Of a stretch of DNA of 64,000 nucleotides, positions 47,772-58,328 are shown piece after piece. The position numbers and the translations under genes are program-made. The DNA is from Bacteriovorax stolpii (GTDB taxonomy: Bacteria; Bdellovibrionota; UBA1018). The DNA is taken from positions 8,982 to 72,981 of the forward strand of contig CAMAQA010000003.1 of NCBI GenBank assembly GCA_945860415.1, given 5' to 3'. The first letter of the stretch is position 1. The number at the start of each line of letters is the position of its first letter. The notes below the pieces were generated by a model. The model worked only from the letters and a program-made list of their open reading frames with translations. It did no database searches and was not told the DNA's origin.

Positions 47772-49043
47772 ATGCAGGCGCAAATGAATCGAGTGATCTG
47801 GATCGTGCTGGACGGCGTGGGTGCCGGTGAATTGCCGGATGCCGCAAAGTACGGCGACACCGGATCCAACAGTCTCGGAAATCTCGGCTCGCATTTTCCG
47901 AGGAAGACCGGAAGACCGCTGAATTTGCCGAACCTGCGCAAGCTCGGGCTCGGAAACCTCACGTCGATTGATGGGGTCCCCCCTTGCAGACCGGGCGAGG
48001 GCGCAGGAGCCTTCGCGCGCGCCAGCGAAAAATCGCTCGGAAAGGACACCACCTCCGGACATTGGGAAATGGCCGGCCTCGTCGTGTCGAAGGCGTTTGC
48101 CACCTTTCCGAACGGATTCTCGCAGGAAGTCATCGACCGCTGGTGTCGTGAGAACAACCTGCCTGGAGTGCTCGGCAACAAGACCGCCAGCGGCACCGAG
48201 ATCATCGACGAACTGGGCGCCGAGCACCTTGCCACTGGAAAGCCCATTCTCTACACCAGTGCCGACAGCGTATGGCAGGTTGCCGCCCATGAGGAAGTCT
48301 TCGGCCTCGAACGGCTTTACGCAATCTGCAAGTCCGCACGGAAGATCTGCGACGAGCTCCAGATCAGCCGAGTGATTGCGCGTCCGTTCATTGGCAACCC
48401 CCAGGAGGGAACGCCGTTCAAGCGCACCTACAACCGCAAAGACTACGCCCAGCTTCCGGATCGCCCGACGCTGCTCGATCTGCTGCAGAACCAGGAGGTC
48501 CGAACGATCGGCATCGGAAAGATTTCGAACATTTTTGCAGGCCAGGGAATTCCGGAGAATATTGACACGGCTGGAAACACCGATGGCATTCGCGTGCTGC
48601 TCGAGCAGATCGAAAAGCGACGCGAGCCTGGAACCCTCCTCTTCTGCAACCTCATCGACTTCGACATGCTCTACGGACACCGGCGAGATGTGCAGGGTTA
48701 TGGCGGCGCACTCGAAGAGTTTGACGCTGCACTTCCGAAAATTCTCGAATCCATGGACGAGCGCGATCTCCTGATTCTCGCCTCGGATCACGGCAATGAT
48801 CCGACCTATCCAGGAACGGACCATACGCGCGAGTACATTCCGATCCTTGCCTACTCGCCTCTTTTTCACGGTGAAAAATCCGAAAGAAAAGGCCTGGTCG
48901 ATCTTGGCATTCGCTCCTGCTTCGGAGATGTCGGAGCCACGATCTATGAGGCGCTGACCGGACAGTCGATTCCGGCAGACTCCAGACTCGAGGGCATGTC
49001 CTTCCTGGGCCAACTCTCCGGCAATTCCGCGGGTGGCGCGTGA
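47772..49043 (+). CDS. deoB: Phosphopentomutase
   Basis: [23 protein letters not shown] and HGNDPT, canonical DeoB. Confidence 0.9.
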   Translation: MQAQMNRVIWIVLDGVGAGELPDAAKYGDTGSNSLGNLGSHFPRKTGRPLNLPNLRKLGLGNLTSIDGVPPCRPGEGAGAFARASEKSLGKDTTSGHWEMAGLVVSKAFATFPNGFSQEVIDRWCRENNLPGVLGNKTASGTEIIDELGAEHLATGKPILYTSADSVWQVAAHEEVFGLERLYAICKSARKICDELQISRVIARPFIGNPQEGTPFKRTYNRKDYAQLPDRPTLLDLLQNQEVRTIGIGKISNIFAGQGIPENIDTAGNTDGIRVLLEQIEKRREPGTLLFCNLIDFDMLYGHRRDVQGYGGALEEFDAALPKILESMDERDLLILASDHGNDPTYPGTDHTREYIPILAYSPLFHGEKSERKGLVDLGIRSCFGDVGATIYEALTGQSIPADSRLEGMSFLGQLSGNSAGGA

Positions 49044-50371
49044 ACATCAACCCGGTTCTGCTCATTGAAAAGAAGCGGGATGGCCACGAACTCGAGGCTG
49101 CCGAGCTGGAGTCCTTCATCAAGGGGATCACCAGCGGCAGCGTCGAGGATTATCAGGCCGCAGCGTTCCTGATGGCGACGTACTTCAAAGGCATGACGCC
49201 GGCCGAAACCGTCGCACTCACGAAAGCCATGCTCGAGAGCGGCGAGCGCATTGACCTGTCTTCGATTCCGGGCGCAAAGGTGGACAAGCACTCGACCGGC
49301 GGCGTGGGCGACAAGGTCTCGCTGATTCTGGCCCCGCTGGCGGCCGCCTGCGGACTCGTCGTCCCGATGATGGCCGGACGCGGACTCGGACACAGCGGCG
49401 GCACGCTCGACAAGCTCGAGTCGATCGATGGATTCCGCGTGAACCTGCAGCGACAGGAGTACCTGCGCGCGCTCAAGCGACTCGGCTGCGCGATCATCGG
49501 CCAGACGGCAACCATCGCCCCAGCGGACAAAAAGTTGTACGCGCTTCGGGACGTGACCGGAACGGTTCCCTGCATTCCGCTGATCTGCGGATCCATCCTC
49601 TCGAAGAAACTCGCCGAAGGCACTGAGGCCCTGCTCCTCGACGTCAAGGTCGGAAGCGGCGCCTTCATGAAGACCCTCGGCGAAGCCAAGGCACTGGCGA
49701 AAGCCCTCATCGCCGTGGCGAAAAAGATGGGGCTGCCGGCGCGCGCTCTGATCACCGACATGAACCAGCCACTCGGATACTCCGCGGGCAACTCGCTGGA
49801 AGTGATCGAGTGCATCGAGGTGCTGCGAGGCCGCAAGCTGGCGCAGGCGGACCTTTCTTCGCTGGACCTTCGCGAGCTGACCATCACGCAATGCGCCCAC
49901 ATGCTGGTTCTCGGGAGGAAGGCCAAGGGAATGAAGGAAGGCCGCATGTTGGCGCTGGCTCGCCTGCAGGATGGCTCGGCGTGGGAGAAGTTCCGCAGCA
50001 TGGTCGTGGAACAGGGCGGGAATCCGGCATGGATCGATGATCCTTCGAAATTTCCAGCCGCCCCGATTCGTGTCGAATGGAAGGCGCGGAAGCGTGGCTT
50101 CCTGAAAACCATGGATACGGAAGCAATGGGCAAGATCCTCGTCGAACTCGGCGGAGGCCGAAAAAAGGCCTCCGACTCCGTCGATCCTGCAGTCGGGTTC
50201 TGGTTCCACGCCAAGCCTGGAACGAAGGTTACTGCAGGCCAGACCCTGGCGACCGTATTTGCCGCGAACGAAAAACCACTGAAGGATCTCGAGCAGTGGT
50301 TCCAGGATTCGATCGAGATCACCGGCACTCGACCCAAGGTTCCACCTCTCATTCACGCCGAGATGACCTGA
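49040..50371 (+). CDS. deoA: Thymidine/pyrimidine-nucleoside phosphorylase
   Basis: KKRDG.EL and [11 protein letters not shown], canonical. Confidence 0.9.
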   Translation: MNINPVLLIEKKRDGHELEAAELESFIKGITSGSVEDYQAAAFLMATYFKGMTPAETVALTKAMLESGERIDLSSIPGAKVDKHSTGGVGDKVSLILAPLAAACGLVVPMMAGRGLGHSGGTLDKLESIDGFRVNLQRQEYLRALKRLGCAIIGQTATIAPADKKLYALRDVTGTVPCIPLICGSILSKKLAEGTEALLLDVKVGSGAFMKTLGEAKALAKALIAVAKKMGLPARALITDMNQPLGYSAGNSLEVIECIEVLRGRKLAQADLSSLDLRELTITQCAHMLVLGRKAKGMKEGRMLALARLQDGSAWEKFRSMVVEQGGNPAWIDDPSKFPAAPIRVEWKARKRGFLKTMDTEAMGKILVELGGGRKKASDSVDPAVGFWFHAKPGTKVTAGQTLATVFAANEKPLKDLEQWFQDSIEITGTRPKVPPLIHAEMT

Positions 50372-50417
50372 AAGTTCTTTTGACGGAGCCGTTTAGCACC
50401 GGTTAGTCTAAGGCCCC

Positions 50418-51275
50418 ATGGCTTCCGCTCCGTCGAGGCTCTTCGAACGCATCCAGGACTCCGTGCGTGCCATCCAGGCGCACACCTCGCTTATTCCTGA
50501 AATCGGCGTGGTCCTCGGTTCCGGACTGGGAGCCCTCGCCGACCAGGCGACGGACGTCGTGACCATTCCCTACACGGATATCCCCCACTTTCACGGCACC
50601 TCAATCGAAGGGCATTCCGGGCAGATGATCCTCGGAAGACTGGCGGACGTTCCAGTCGTCATCCTGCAGGGTCGCTTCCATCGATACGAAGGCTATCCGA
50701 TGGAAGACGTGGTCTTTCCGACTCGCGTGATCAGCGCACTGGGCATTCACACTCTCCTGCTGACGAACTCGGCAGGCGGAGTGAATACCCGCTTCCGTCC
50801 CGGCGACCTGATGCTGATCGAGGATCACCTGAACCTCATGGGTGATAATCCGCTCATGGGACCAAACATCGCCGAGCTCGGTCCTCGATTTCCGGATATG
50901 ACGGAGACCTACAGTGGCTTCTGCCTGGAGCTGCTCGAGACAACAGCCAAGGAGCTTCAGATCACCACTTCGCGCGGCGTGTATGCAGGCGTTCTCGGTC
51001 CGACATATGAAACGCCGGCAGAAGTTCGGATGCTCCGGACTCTGGGCGCAGATGCGGTGGGAATGTCGACGGTACCTGAAGCGATCGCCGCCAAGCACCT
51101 CGGTGTCCGAGTCGCCGGCATCAGCTGCATTGCCAATCTTGCCGCCGGTCTTTCCGGACGGAACCTCACTCACCAGGAAGTGGTCGCAAACGCCCGCCTG
51201 GCCACTTCCAAACTCTGCAGCCTGGTGGAGAAGTCGCTGCCCCGGCTGGCCCGAATCAAGGGAGCAACCGCATGA
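50418..51275 (+). CDS. punA: Purine nucleoside phosphorylase (PNP/MTAP family I, PunA-like)
   Basis: IGVVLGSGLG, EGHSGQ, and STVPEAIAA motifs. Confidence 0.85.
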   Translation: MASAPSRLFERIQDSVRAIQAHTSLIPEIGVVLGSGLGALADQATDVVTIPYTDIPHFHGTSIEGHSGQMILGRLADVPVVILQGRFHRYEGYPMEDVVFPTRVISALGIHTLLLTNSAGGVNTRFRPGDLMLIEDHLNLMGDNPLMGPNIAELGPRFPDMTETYSGFCLELLETTAKELQITTSRGVYAGVLGPTYETPAEVRMLRTLGADAVGMSTVPEAIAAKHLGVRVAGISCIANLAAGLSGRNLTHQEVVANARLATSKLCSLVEKSLPRLARIKGATA

Positions 51276-51700
51276 AGAAAGCTACTCCAACGAAGGTTCC
51301 GGCGCGCCTCAAGCGCCTTTATGATCTGGCGAGAAGATCGCGCGAGATTTCCTACAGCCCCTACAGCGGCCACAAGGTCGGTGCTGCCATCCGCACCTCG
51401 GACGGCAAGCTCTACGGAGGCTGCAACGTCGAGAACTCGTCCTACGGAGCAACAGTCTGCGCCGAACGTGTCGCGATCCAAAAGGCCGTCAGCGAAGGCC
51501 GGACTCGAGTGATCGAAGTCATGGTCGTCACGGATTCCACTCCCCCGTGGCCTCCTTGCGGAATGTGCCGGCAGGTCATTGCGGAATTCGGACCGGATGC
51601 AAAGCTCCACACGGCAAACCTCAAGGGCGAGATGGAGAGCTTTGAGTTCCAGAAGATTTTTCCGCACGCCTTCACGCCAGGACACCTGAAGAAAAAATGA
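51272..51700 (+). CDS. cdd: Cytidine deaminase
   Basis: CAER.AI ... PCGMCRQ zinc motifs. 142 aa. Confidence 0.9.
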   Translation: MKKATPTKVPARLKRLYDLARRSREISYSPYSGHKVGAAIRTSDGKLYGGCNVENSSYGATVCAERVAIQKAVSEGRTRVIEVMVVTDSTPPWPPCGMCRQVIAEFGPDAKLHTANLKGEMESFEFQKIFPHAFTPGHLKKK

Positions 51701-53100
51701 GCCGCAAGACCTCGATCGCCCGCGAAACCTGGATCACCGGTGCGTGGATCGTCACGCAAGACTCGAAGCGCTCCGTTTTCGAGGGCTCCGTCCGGATCGT
51801 CGGCGACACCATTGCCGAGGTCCGGAAAGGACGGCCGTCGCGCATCTCCAAAGGCGCCACGGTCATCGAGGCGCGCGGAAGGGCCCTGATTCCGGGATTC
51901 GTCCAGGCACATATCCACCTTTGCCAGACCCTGTTTCGCAATCTCGCGGATGACCTCGAACTCCTCGACTGGCTCTCGCAGCGCATCTGGGTTTATGAGG
52001 CGGCCCACACTCCATCGACCCTCAGGACCAGCGCACTTCTCGGCATCCATGAGCTTCTGGCCGGAGGCACGACGTGCATCCTGGACATGGGCACGGTCAA
52101 GCACACCGGCAGTATCATCGAGGTCGTTCGCGAAACCGGAATCCGGGCGAGCGTTGGCAAGTGCCTGATGGATCATCCGAAGACCACGCCTCCGGGACTT
52201 CGCGAAAAGACGCGCGAGGCGCTGCACGAAGCCAAATCGCTTTTTGAGCAGTGGAATGGAGCTGAAAACGACCGTATTCGCATTTCGTATGCCCCGCGCT
52301 TTGTCGTGAGCTGCACCGAAGAGCTCATGCTCGAAGTCGCGCGACTGTCACGAGAGCAGAATGCGATCATCCACACGCACGCAAGCGAGAACCTCAAGGA
52401 GATCCAGCTCGTCAAAAAGCTCGTCGGCTGCGAGAACATCGAGTACCTGCACCAGCTCGGCCTCGCTACCGATCGACTCGTGCTCGCCCACTGCATCTGG
52501 CTCAAACCCAACGAGATGGGAATCCTCAAGCGCACGGGCACGAATGTCGTCCATTGCCCGAGCTCGAATCTGAAGCTTGCATCAGGAATCGCGCGCGTGC
52601 CGGAGATGCGTGAAAAGGGAATTCGCGTGGCGCTCGGCGCCGACGGCGCACCGTGCAACAACAACCTGAACGCCTTCCAGGAAATGCGCCTTGCAGCGCT
52701 GATTCAGAAGCCCGGAAACGGGCCACGCTCGATGCGGGCACAGGAAGCGCTCGACATGGCCACTCGCGAAGGCGCCAAGGCGCTGCATTGGTTCGACAAG
52801 ATCGGCTCGATCGAATCTGGAAAACGCGCCGATCTGGCGCTCGTGGACCTCAGTCGTCCTGAGAATCTGGCACCCTTTCCGCGAACGAAAGGAACCCTGG
52901 CCGAAGGGATCATCTCTTCACTCGTTTATTCCGCACAACCGCAGCATGTCGAGGCAACGTGGGTGGACGGCAGGCTTCTTTACGCGAACGGAAAAGTAAA
53001 GACCATCGACTCCAGGACCCTCATTACCGATGCACGAAAGGCCCAGGAGCAGATCCTCCGGGGGCGTCGGCCAGGCGGCGCACGAAAGTCCGGACGATGA
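51697..53100 (+). CDS. Amidohydrolase of the MtaD/SsnA/TRZ-ATZ type (nucleoside or nucleobase deaminase)
   Basis: PGFVQAHIHLCQT (HxH metal site), and the HTHASE and HCIWL regions typical of MtaD-like deaminases. Confidence 0.75.
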   Translation: MSRKTSIARETWITGAWIVTQDSKRSVFEGSVRIVGDTIAEVRKGRPSRISKGATVIEARGRALIPGFVQAHIHLCQTLFRNLADDLELLDWLSQRIWVYEAAHTPSTLRTSALLGIHELLAGGTTCILDMGTVKHTGSIIEVVRETGIRASVGKCLMDHPKTTPPGLREKTREALHEAKSLFEQWNGAENDRIRISYAPRFVVSCTEELMLEVARLSREQNAIIHTHASENLKEIQLVKKLVGCENIEYLHQLGLATDRLVLAHCIWLKPNEMGILKRTGTNVVHCPSSNLKLASGIARVPEMREKGIRVALGADGAPCNNNLNAFQEMRLAALIQKPGNGPRSMRAQEALDMATREGAKALHWFDKIGSIESGKRADLALVDLSRPENLAPFPRTKGTLAEGIISSLVYSAQPQHVEATWVDGRLLYANGKVKTIDSRTLITDARKAQEQILRGRRPGGARKSGR

Positions 53101-54098
53101 GCACTCCGCCACTGAGCCATGCAGCGCAGGCGAGCTACTCGGACTTGTTCTTCCGACTGCTCGAACCGGCATTCCTGCTCGATGCCGGCTCATTGAAAAT
53201 TCTCGAACTGAATAATGCGGCGGAAAAGATGCTGGGCGGATCCGCCGCAGACCTTCAGGGCGAATCGATCCTGCGCTGGATTCCGGAAGATCTTCGAGCG
53301 GAGTTCCAGAAGCAGTCCCGCGTGACGCTCCGACGTTACCACCCTCGAGGCCACGAGACTCGATTCGTTTCAGGAGATGGCCATGAACGGCTCTTTCGCT
53401 GCGACCTTTGCCAGCTTCAGGCCGCCGAAGGCGCCACTCCTCTCCTTCAGCTGATCGCCCATGACATTACGGCCCAGCGCGAAGCGGAAGAGCGAGCCGA
53501 AAACTACCTTTCCGAGCTGAAATCAGCGCTTGTCGAGCTCAAGTCGGCCAATGACCGTCTGCGGGAGATGACCATCACGGACGAGATGACCCGCGTGAAC
53601 AATTTCCGCTATTTCAAGCAGCGCCAGGAGATTGAGCACCAGCGGTCGGTTCGCTTTAAACGACCGTACGCCATCCTGTTTTTCGATCTCGACAGCTTCA
53701 AGCATTACAACGACCGCAACGGACACCCCGCCGGAGACCGGCTCCTGACGGAACTCGCCCAGCTGCTCAAGCGCTCCTCGCGCGAGACCGACTGCGTAGC
53801 CCGTTATGGCGGCGAAGAGTTTGTGATCCTCGCGCCTGAAACGTCGGAGTCGCAGGGTGCGGAGTTTGCGGAACGACTTCGAAAGGCGATCGTTGCCGCT
53901 GGATTTCCTCACGCGACAGAGCAGCCCCTGGGAATCATCTCCGCCAGCATTGGCGTTGCCTCTTATCCTGCTGCCGGCGGCACTCCCGACCAGATCCTGA
54001 AAGCCGCCGATGAAGCCATGTACCGCTCGAAAAAATCCGGAAAAAATCGGGTTACGACTTTCGGGGTCATGGATCCAGACGCAACTGAAAAACCCTGA
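53097..54098 (+). CDS. PAS-domain diguanylate cyclase (GGDEF)
   Basis: The C-terminus has RYGGEEF and the DxF..ND..GH.AGD inhibitory/active-site context. The N-terminus is a PAS fold. The start overlaps the amidohydrolase stop as ATGA. Confidence 0.85.
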   Translation: MSTPPLSHAAQASYSDLFFRLLEPAFLLDAGSLKILELNNAAEKMLGGSAADLQGESILRWIPEDLRAEFQKQSRVTLRRYHPRGHETRFVSGDGHERLFRCDLCQLQAAEGATPLLQLIAHDITAQREAEERAENYLSELKSALVELKSANDRLREMTITDEMTRVNNFRYFKQRQEIEHQRSVRFKRPYAILFFDLDSFKHYNDRNGHPAGDRLLTELAQLLKRSSRETDCVARYGGEEFVILAPETSESQGAEFAERLRKAIVAAGFPHATEQPLGIISASIGVASYPAAGGTPDQILKAADEAMYRSKKSGKNRVTTFGVMDPDATEKP

Positions 54099-54438
54099 AA
54101 TTCTTCGCAATTTCAGGAACTTCGGCGGCAGTACGGCAAACAGAGTCCACACGAACAGGAAAACTCAACCCGCCTGCGAGGAGCGCTTCTACCCGGTCGA
54201 TGGCCTCACGAGATGCCTGAACGACCACCTCGACTTCGCCTCCAGGCAGGTTTCGCACCCACCCGGCGATCGGCTCCTGCAGCTCCTTCGCGAGTGCGCT
54301 CACGCGCTTCTGGACTTGGGCCCGGCAGCCCACTCCCTGCACCCTGCCCCGGAGTTCCCACCGGACCGTGATTCTCTCAGCATTTTTCACAGCTTGATTG
54401 TTGACAGGCCTCAGGCGTTCGGGCAAGTTGCAACGCCT

Positions 54439-54957
54439 ATGTACGCAGTCATTGAAACCGGTGGAAAACAGTATCGTGTCGCGCCCGGAGACCTGATTCA
54501 GGTCGAAAAGCTGGAAGGCGACAAGGGCTCCAAGATCAAGTTCGATAAGATTCTTTTCGCGAGCAAGGGCGCCGCTGATAGCGCGCAGATCTGGCTCGGC
54601 AAGCCTTACCTGAATGGCGCAGCGGTGGAAGCCGAAGTGCTCGCTCAGGGACGTGGCGAAAAGGTCCTCATCGTCAAGATGAAGCGCCGCAAGCAGTATC
54701 GCCGCACCCAGGGGCACCGTCAGGAACTCACGCAGCTCCTGATCACCCAGGTGTCGAACGGTGCTGGCGAATCCGCGACCTTGTCTGATGCAGACAAGTC
54801 TGCGAAGCTGGCCAAGTTCGTCAATCCGCTCAAGGCCAAGGGCCTCGCCCACACGCCGAAGACGGTCGGTTCGCGCAAGCGCCTGTCCGCAGCGGTCAAG
54901 GCCAAGAAGGCTGCAGCTCCGAAGGCTGCTGCCAAGACGACCAAGAAGTCCAAGTAA
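54439..54957 (+). CDS. rplU: 50S ribosomal protein L21 with a ~70 aa Lys/Ala-rich C-terminal extension
   Basis: MYAVIETGGKQYRV..GD.I.VEKL matches the canonical L21 start. The tail reads KAKKAAAPKAAAKTTKKSK. Confidence 0.9.
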   Translation: MYAVIETGGKQYRVAPGDLIQVEKLEGDKGSKIKFDKILFASKGAADSAQIWLGKPYLNGAAVEAEVLAQGRGEKVLIVKMKRRKQYRRTQGHRQELTQLLITQVSNGAGESATLSDADKSAKLAKFVNPLKAKGLAHTPKTVGSRKRLSAAVKAKKAAAPKAAAKTTKKSK

Positions 54958-55020
54958 TATTTGACCTCGTGTTCCCGCCCAGCAATGGGGTCCTGAGGAA
55001 GCGAGCTGAGGTAAAGAGTC

Positions 55021-55278
55021 ATGGCACACAAAAAAGCAGGCGGTAGTTCCAAGAACGGTCGCGATTCCAACCCGAAGATGCGTGGAGTGAAGCGCTATGG
55101 TGGCCAGGTCGTCCGCACCGGCGAAATCCTCTGCCGTCAGGTGGGAACCCAGTTTCACCCTGGCCGCAACGTCGGCCTCGGCCGCGATTTCACGATCTAT
55201 TCGTTGATCGATGGCGTCGTGAAGTTCGAGCGCCACGACAAGACCCGCAAGAAGATCTCCGTTTATCCGGCTGCCTAA
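55021..55278 (+). CDS. rpmA: 50S ribosomal protein L27
   Basis: [23 protein letters not shown], canonical. Confidence 0.95.
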   Translation: MAHKKAGGSSKNGRDSNPKMRGVKRYGGQVVRTGEILCRQVGTQFHPGRNVGLGRDFTIYSLIDGVVKFERHDKTRKKISVYPAA

Positions 55279-55341
55279 GACAGCGGACGCCTCAGGGCGA
55301 ATGGATTCAACTGAACACGGTTGAGTCAGCGTGCATTTCTC

Positions 55342-55382
55342 GAGAGCCGGCCCGATCCCATGGGCTGGCTCTCTTGTTTTTT
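55342..55382 (+). terminator. Rho-independent terminator after rpmA
   Basis: GAGAGCCGGCCC..GGGCTGGCTCTC stem followed by TTGTTTTTT. Confidence 0.65.
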
Positions 55383-55481
55383 GGACTCCCGCTCACCCCT
55401 CGCCGCGCGCACCCCTGTTTTGTCGCTCCGCAAAAGAACTGTGCTTCGCTGCGTCAAACATGCTAGATCAGGCTCCAAATC

Positions 55482-56636
55482 ATGCGTTTTATCGACGAAG
55501 CCAAAATCAAAATCTCCGCCGGTCGCGGCGGCCCCGGATGCGTCAGCTTCCGTCGTGAGACTTTCGCTCCCCGCGGAGGACCGGACGGTGGAGAAGGCGG
55601 CAACGGGGGTGACCTCATTCTGGTGGCATCCACCAATCTGACCACGCTCCAGGACTTCCGCTTCAGGCGCGAGTACCGGGCCGGTAACGGCGAGCATGGC
55701 AGCAGCACCAACAAGTCCGGACGCGCGGGCGAAGACATCGAACTCAAGGTTCCGGTCGGCACCATTGTTCGGAATGCGGAGTCGGGCGAAGTTCTTTTTG
55801 AGTTCATGGAAAATGGACAGAGCTGGATCGCCTGCAAGGGCGGCCGCGGAGGAAAAGGCAACTCTCACTTCGTCACCTCCACTTTTCAGGCGCCTCGCTT
55901 TGCCCAGCCGGGCGAGGAAGGCGAATTCCGCGAGATCACGCTGGAGCTCAAGCTCCTGGCTGATGCAGCGATCATCGGTTTTCCGAATGCAGGAAAATCG
56001 ACGCTGATTTCACGAATCAGCGCAGCTCGCCCGAAGATCGCCGATTACGCGTTCACCACCCTCACTCCCAACCTCGGCGTCGTCTCGATGCCGAACTACC
56101 AGAGCTTTGTCGTCGCCGACATTCCTGGACTGATCGAAGGAGCCCATCGCGGCATGGGGCTCGGTCACCGCTTCCTGAAACACATTGAGCGCACGCGCGT
56201 ATTCATCCACCTGATGGACGGCACGAAGCTGCTCGAGGACGTCACGAAGCCGGGCGACCTGCAGACCAATATCGACAACGCGGTCGAGCAGGTGGTCGAG
56301 CGCTACAAGACCATTCGCAACGAGCTTGGCCTTTTCAACGAGGCCCTGCTCCACAAGCCGGAAATCGTCGCCCTCAACAAGGTCGACCTTTTTGAAAGCG
56401 ATCCGGAGATCGTCGAGCGCGCGCGGCTGACGCTGCGTCGCCGGCTCGCTTCGCTTCGCGGAACTCACCCGATCGGCGATGAGCCGTACATCCTGTCCGG
56501 AGTTTCCGGACGCGGCATCCCTGAACTTCTTCAGGCTGTTTTCGGCCAGATCCAGGAAGGCTGGGAGGCCGACGAGCGTTCGCGCAAGGGCTCGCATGTC
56601 GAGATCAAGATGCCGGACGACGAAGGACTGTATTGA
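55482..56636 (+). CDS. obg: GTPase Obg/CgtA
   Basis: MRFIDEAKI...AGRGG.G.VSFRRE and G-motifs GFPNAGKST and DIPGLIEGA. Confidence 0.95.
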   Translation: MRFIDEAKIKISAGRGGPGCVSFRRETFAPRGGPDGGEGGNGGDLILVASTNLTTLQDFRFRREYRAGNGEHGSSTNKSGRAGEDIELKVPVGTIVRNAESGEVLFEFMENGQSWIACKGGRGGKGNSHFVTSTFQAPRFAQPGEEGEFREITLELKLLADAAIIGFPNAGKSTLISRISAARPKIADYAFTTLTPNLGVVSMPNYQSFVVADIPGLIEGAHRGMGLGHRFLKHIERTRVFIHLMDGTKLLEDVTKPGDLQTNIDNAVEQVVERYKTIRNELGLFNEALLHKPEIVALNKVDLFESDPEIVERARLTLRRRLASLRGTHPIGDEPYILSGVSGRGIPELLQAVFGQIQEGWEADERSRKGSHVEIKMPDDEGLY

Positions 56637-57367
56637 ACGTGTTTTCGTGGAACCGCGTGATCGGAATCTTTGGCGGAAGCTTTGATCCGCCTCACGCAGG
56701 ACACCGCGCTGCAGTGGTAGGACTCTTTCAGCTTCCGGGACTCAAGGGCGTCTGGATCATGCCTTCCGGAAACCCGCCGTGGAAGGCGGCGTCCACGCCG
56801 GCTCAGAGCCGACTGGAGATGTCCGAACTGGCGTTTTCAGGAGTCAGTGATGTCCAGGTCGTGCCGTGGGAGATCGAGCTCGCCTCGCGCGCCCCTGGCG
56901 AAGCCACGACGACCTGGAAGCTTCTCGACTTCATCCAGCCACGGCTCCACGGAGCTGAGATCGCCTGGGTGATCGGAGCAGACCAGCTCCTCGGACTGGA
57001 CCGTTGGGACCGGTTTCCTGCGGTCCTGGGTCGCTGCCACTGGGTCGTGCTGCTGCGCAAGGGCGCAGAGCACGCCGAGGAAGCTGTCCATCGCAAGATG
57101 AGAGACTTTGAGACCGCGGGGCACGTGCGCCGCGACACACGCTCGGAAAATGCCTGGACGATTTCCGAGGCACTGACTGGCGGAAGACTCGTTCGTATGG
57201 AACTCGTGGCCACGGAGGCCCCTGAAGTGTCATCTACCCGGATCCGCGAAGAAGCGGCCCGGACGGGAGACGTGAAGGATGAGATCGCGAAAGGCTCGAT
57301 CAACCCGGCAGTCGCCCAGTATTTGAAGGAGAAAAAGCTGTATGGTACCCGAAATCATGACCTCTGA
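56633..57367 (+). CDS. nadD: Nicotinate-nucleotide adenylyltransferase
   Basis: GIFGGSFDPPH.GH and the ISST.IR region. Confidence 0.85.
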   Translation: MNVFSWNRVIGIFGGSFDPPHAGHRAAVVGLFQLPGLKGVWIMPSGNPPWKAASTPAQSRLEMSELAFSGVSDVQVVPWEIELASRAPGEATTTWKLLDFIQPRLHGAEIAWVIGADQLLGLDRWDRFPAVLGRCHWVVLLRKGAEHAEEAVHRKMRDFETAGHVRRDTRSENAWTISEALTGGRLVRMELVATEAPEVSSTRIREEAARTGDVKDEIAKGSINPAVAQYLKEKKLYGTRNHDL

Positions 57368-57776
57368 AACGAAGACCTCGGCCCGCACCCGCAATGATTC
57401 CGCCTCGCGCGAGCGCGCGCTGGAGTGCGCCCGTGCGGCACTCGACAAGAAGGCCGAAAACGTCCGCATCCTCGACCTGACGAAGCTCTCGGGCTTCACC
57501 GACTTCTTCGTCATCTGCAGTGGAGTGTCGGATCGACAGGTTCAGGCCATTGCCAGCTCTGTCGAGCAGCACCTGGAATCCCAGGGTGCCGAACTCGTGA
57601 ACTTCGAAGGCTTTTCGGATGGTCGCTGGGTGCTCATGGATTTCGGCGATGTCGTCGTCCACATCTTCCAGGATGCCCTTCGCGACTACTACGACCTCGA
57701 GAACCTCTGGGCCGATGCGCCTCGAGTTTCGATTCCTGCCGAATTTTACGGCGCCGGCGCAAGCACCCTAAACTGA
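57342..57776 (+). CDS. rsfS: Ribosomal silencing factor RsfS (Iojap)
   Basis: DFF.I.SG.S.RQ..AIA..V ... W.L.D.GDV.VHIF....R.YY.LE.LW. Confidence 0.85.
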   Translation: MVPEIMTSETKTSARTRNDSASRERALECARAALDKKAENVRILDLTKLSGFTDFFVICSGVSDRQVQAIASSVEQHLESQGAELVNFEGFSDGRWVLMDFGDVVVHIFQDALRDYYDLENLWADAPRVSIPAEFYGAGASTLN

Positions 57777-57793
57777 TCCGCGGCGGACCATTC

Positions 57794-58282
57794 GTGCGTC
57801 TGGAAGTCGCTGCCTTCGGAAAACTACGTGGCCCCGGACTGCGGGAAGCGGCGGACCATTACCTGAAACTGGCCTCGAAGTTCGTCGACGTTCAGGAGCG
57901 CGAGCTGAAGCCCGTTTCCGTTCCGGACAAGAGCGTCGCAACGCGGGCGCTCGTCCAGGAAAAGGAGGCAACCCTGCTGCTTTCCACCCAGAAGCCCGGA
58001 GAGCGTTCGGCGCTCTACCTCCTCGATGAAGGTGGAAAGACGTTGCGCACCGAGCAGTGGGCGCAGCTCCTCGACTCCTGGCGCAAGGATGGGCTGACGC
58101 AGGTGACCCTCGCCCTGGGCAGTTCGCTTGGATTTTCTCCCGCACTCAAAAGTCAGGCGCGCGGCGTGTTGTCGCTCGGACCGCAGACCCTGCCCCACGA
58201 GCTGGCTCGCGTCGTCCTCTACGAGCAGCTTTTTCGCTGCTCCAGCCTGCTTGCTGGCCACCCGTATCACGTCGAGGGGTGA
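57794..58282 (+). CDS. rlmH: 23S rRNA (pseudouridine1915-N3)-methyltransferase RlmH (GTG start)
   Basis: Follows rsfS directly, with the conserved order nadD-rsfS-rlmH. 163 aa with a SPOUT-like C-terminus (LSLG.QTLPHELAR..L.EQL.R). Confidence 0.8.
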   Translation: MRLEVAAFGKLRGPGLREAADHYLKLASKFVDVQERELKPVSVPDKSVATRALVQEKEATLLLSTQKPGERSALYLLDEGGKTLRTEQWAQLLDSWRKDGLTQVTLALGSSLGFSPALKSQARGVLSLGPQTLPHELARVVLYEQLFRCSSLLAGHPYHVEG

Positions 58283-58328
58283 GCTTCCGCTCTTGCGAAT
58301 TCAGGCGGAGTTGTCCGATGCTGGCGCC

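Noticed and set aside
54099-54438. 340-bp gap upstream of rplU as a possible ncRNA gene
   Set aside because: No conserved RNA family motif (RNase P, tmRNA, SRP, 6S) recognised by eye. It is most simply the rplU-rpmA promoter and leader. Left as unresolved rather than called.
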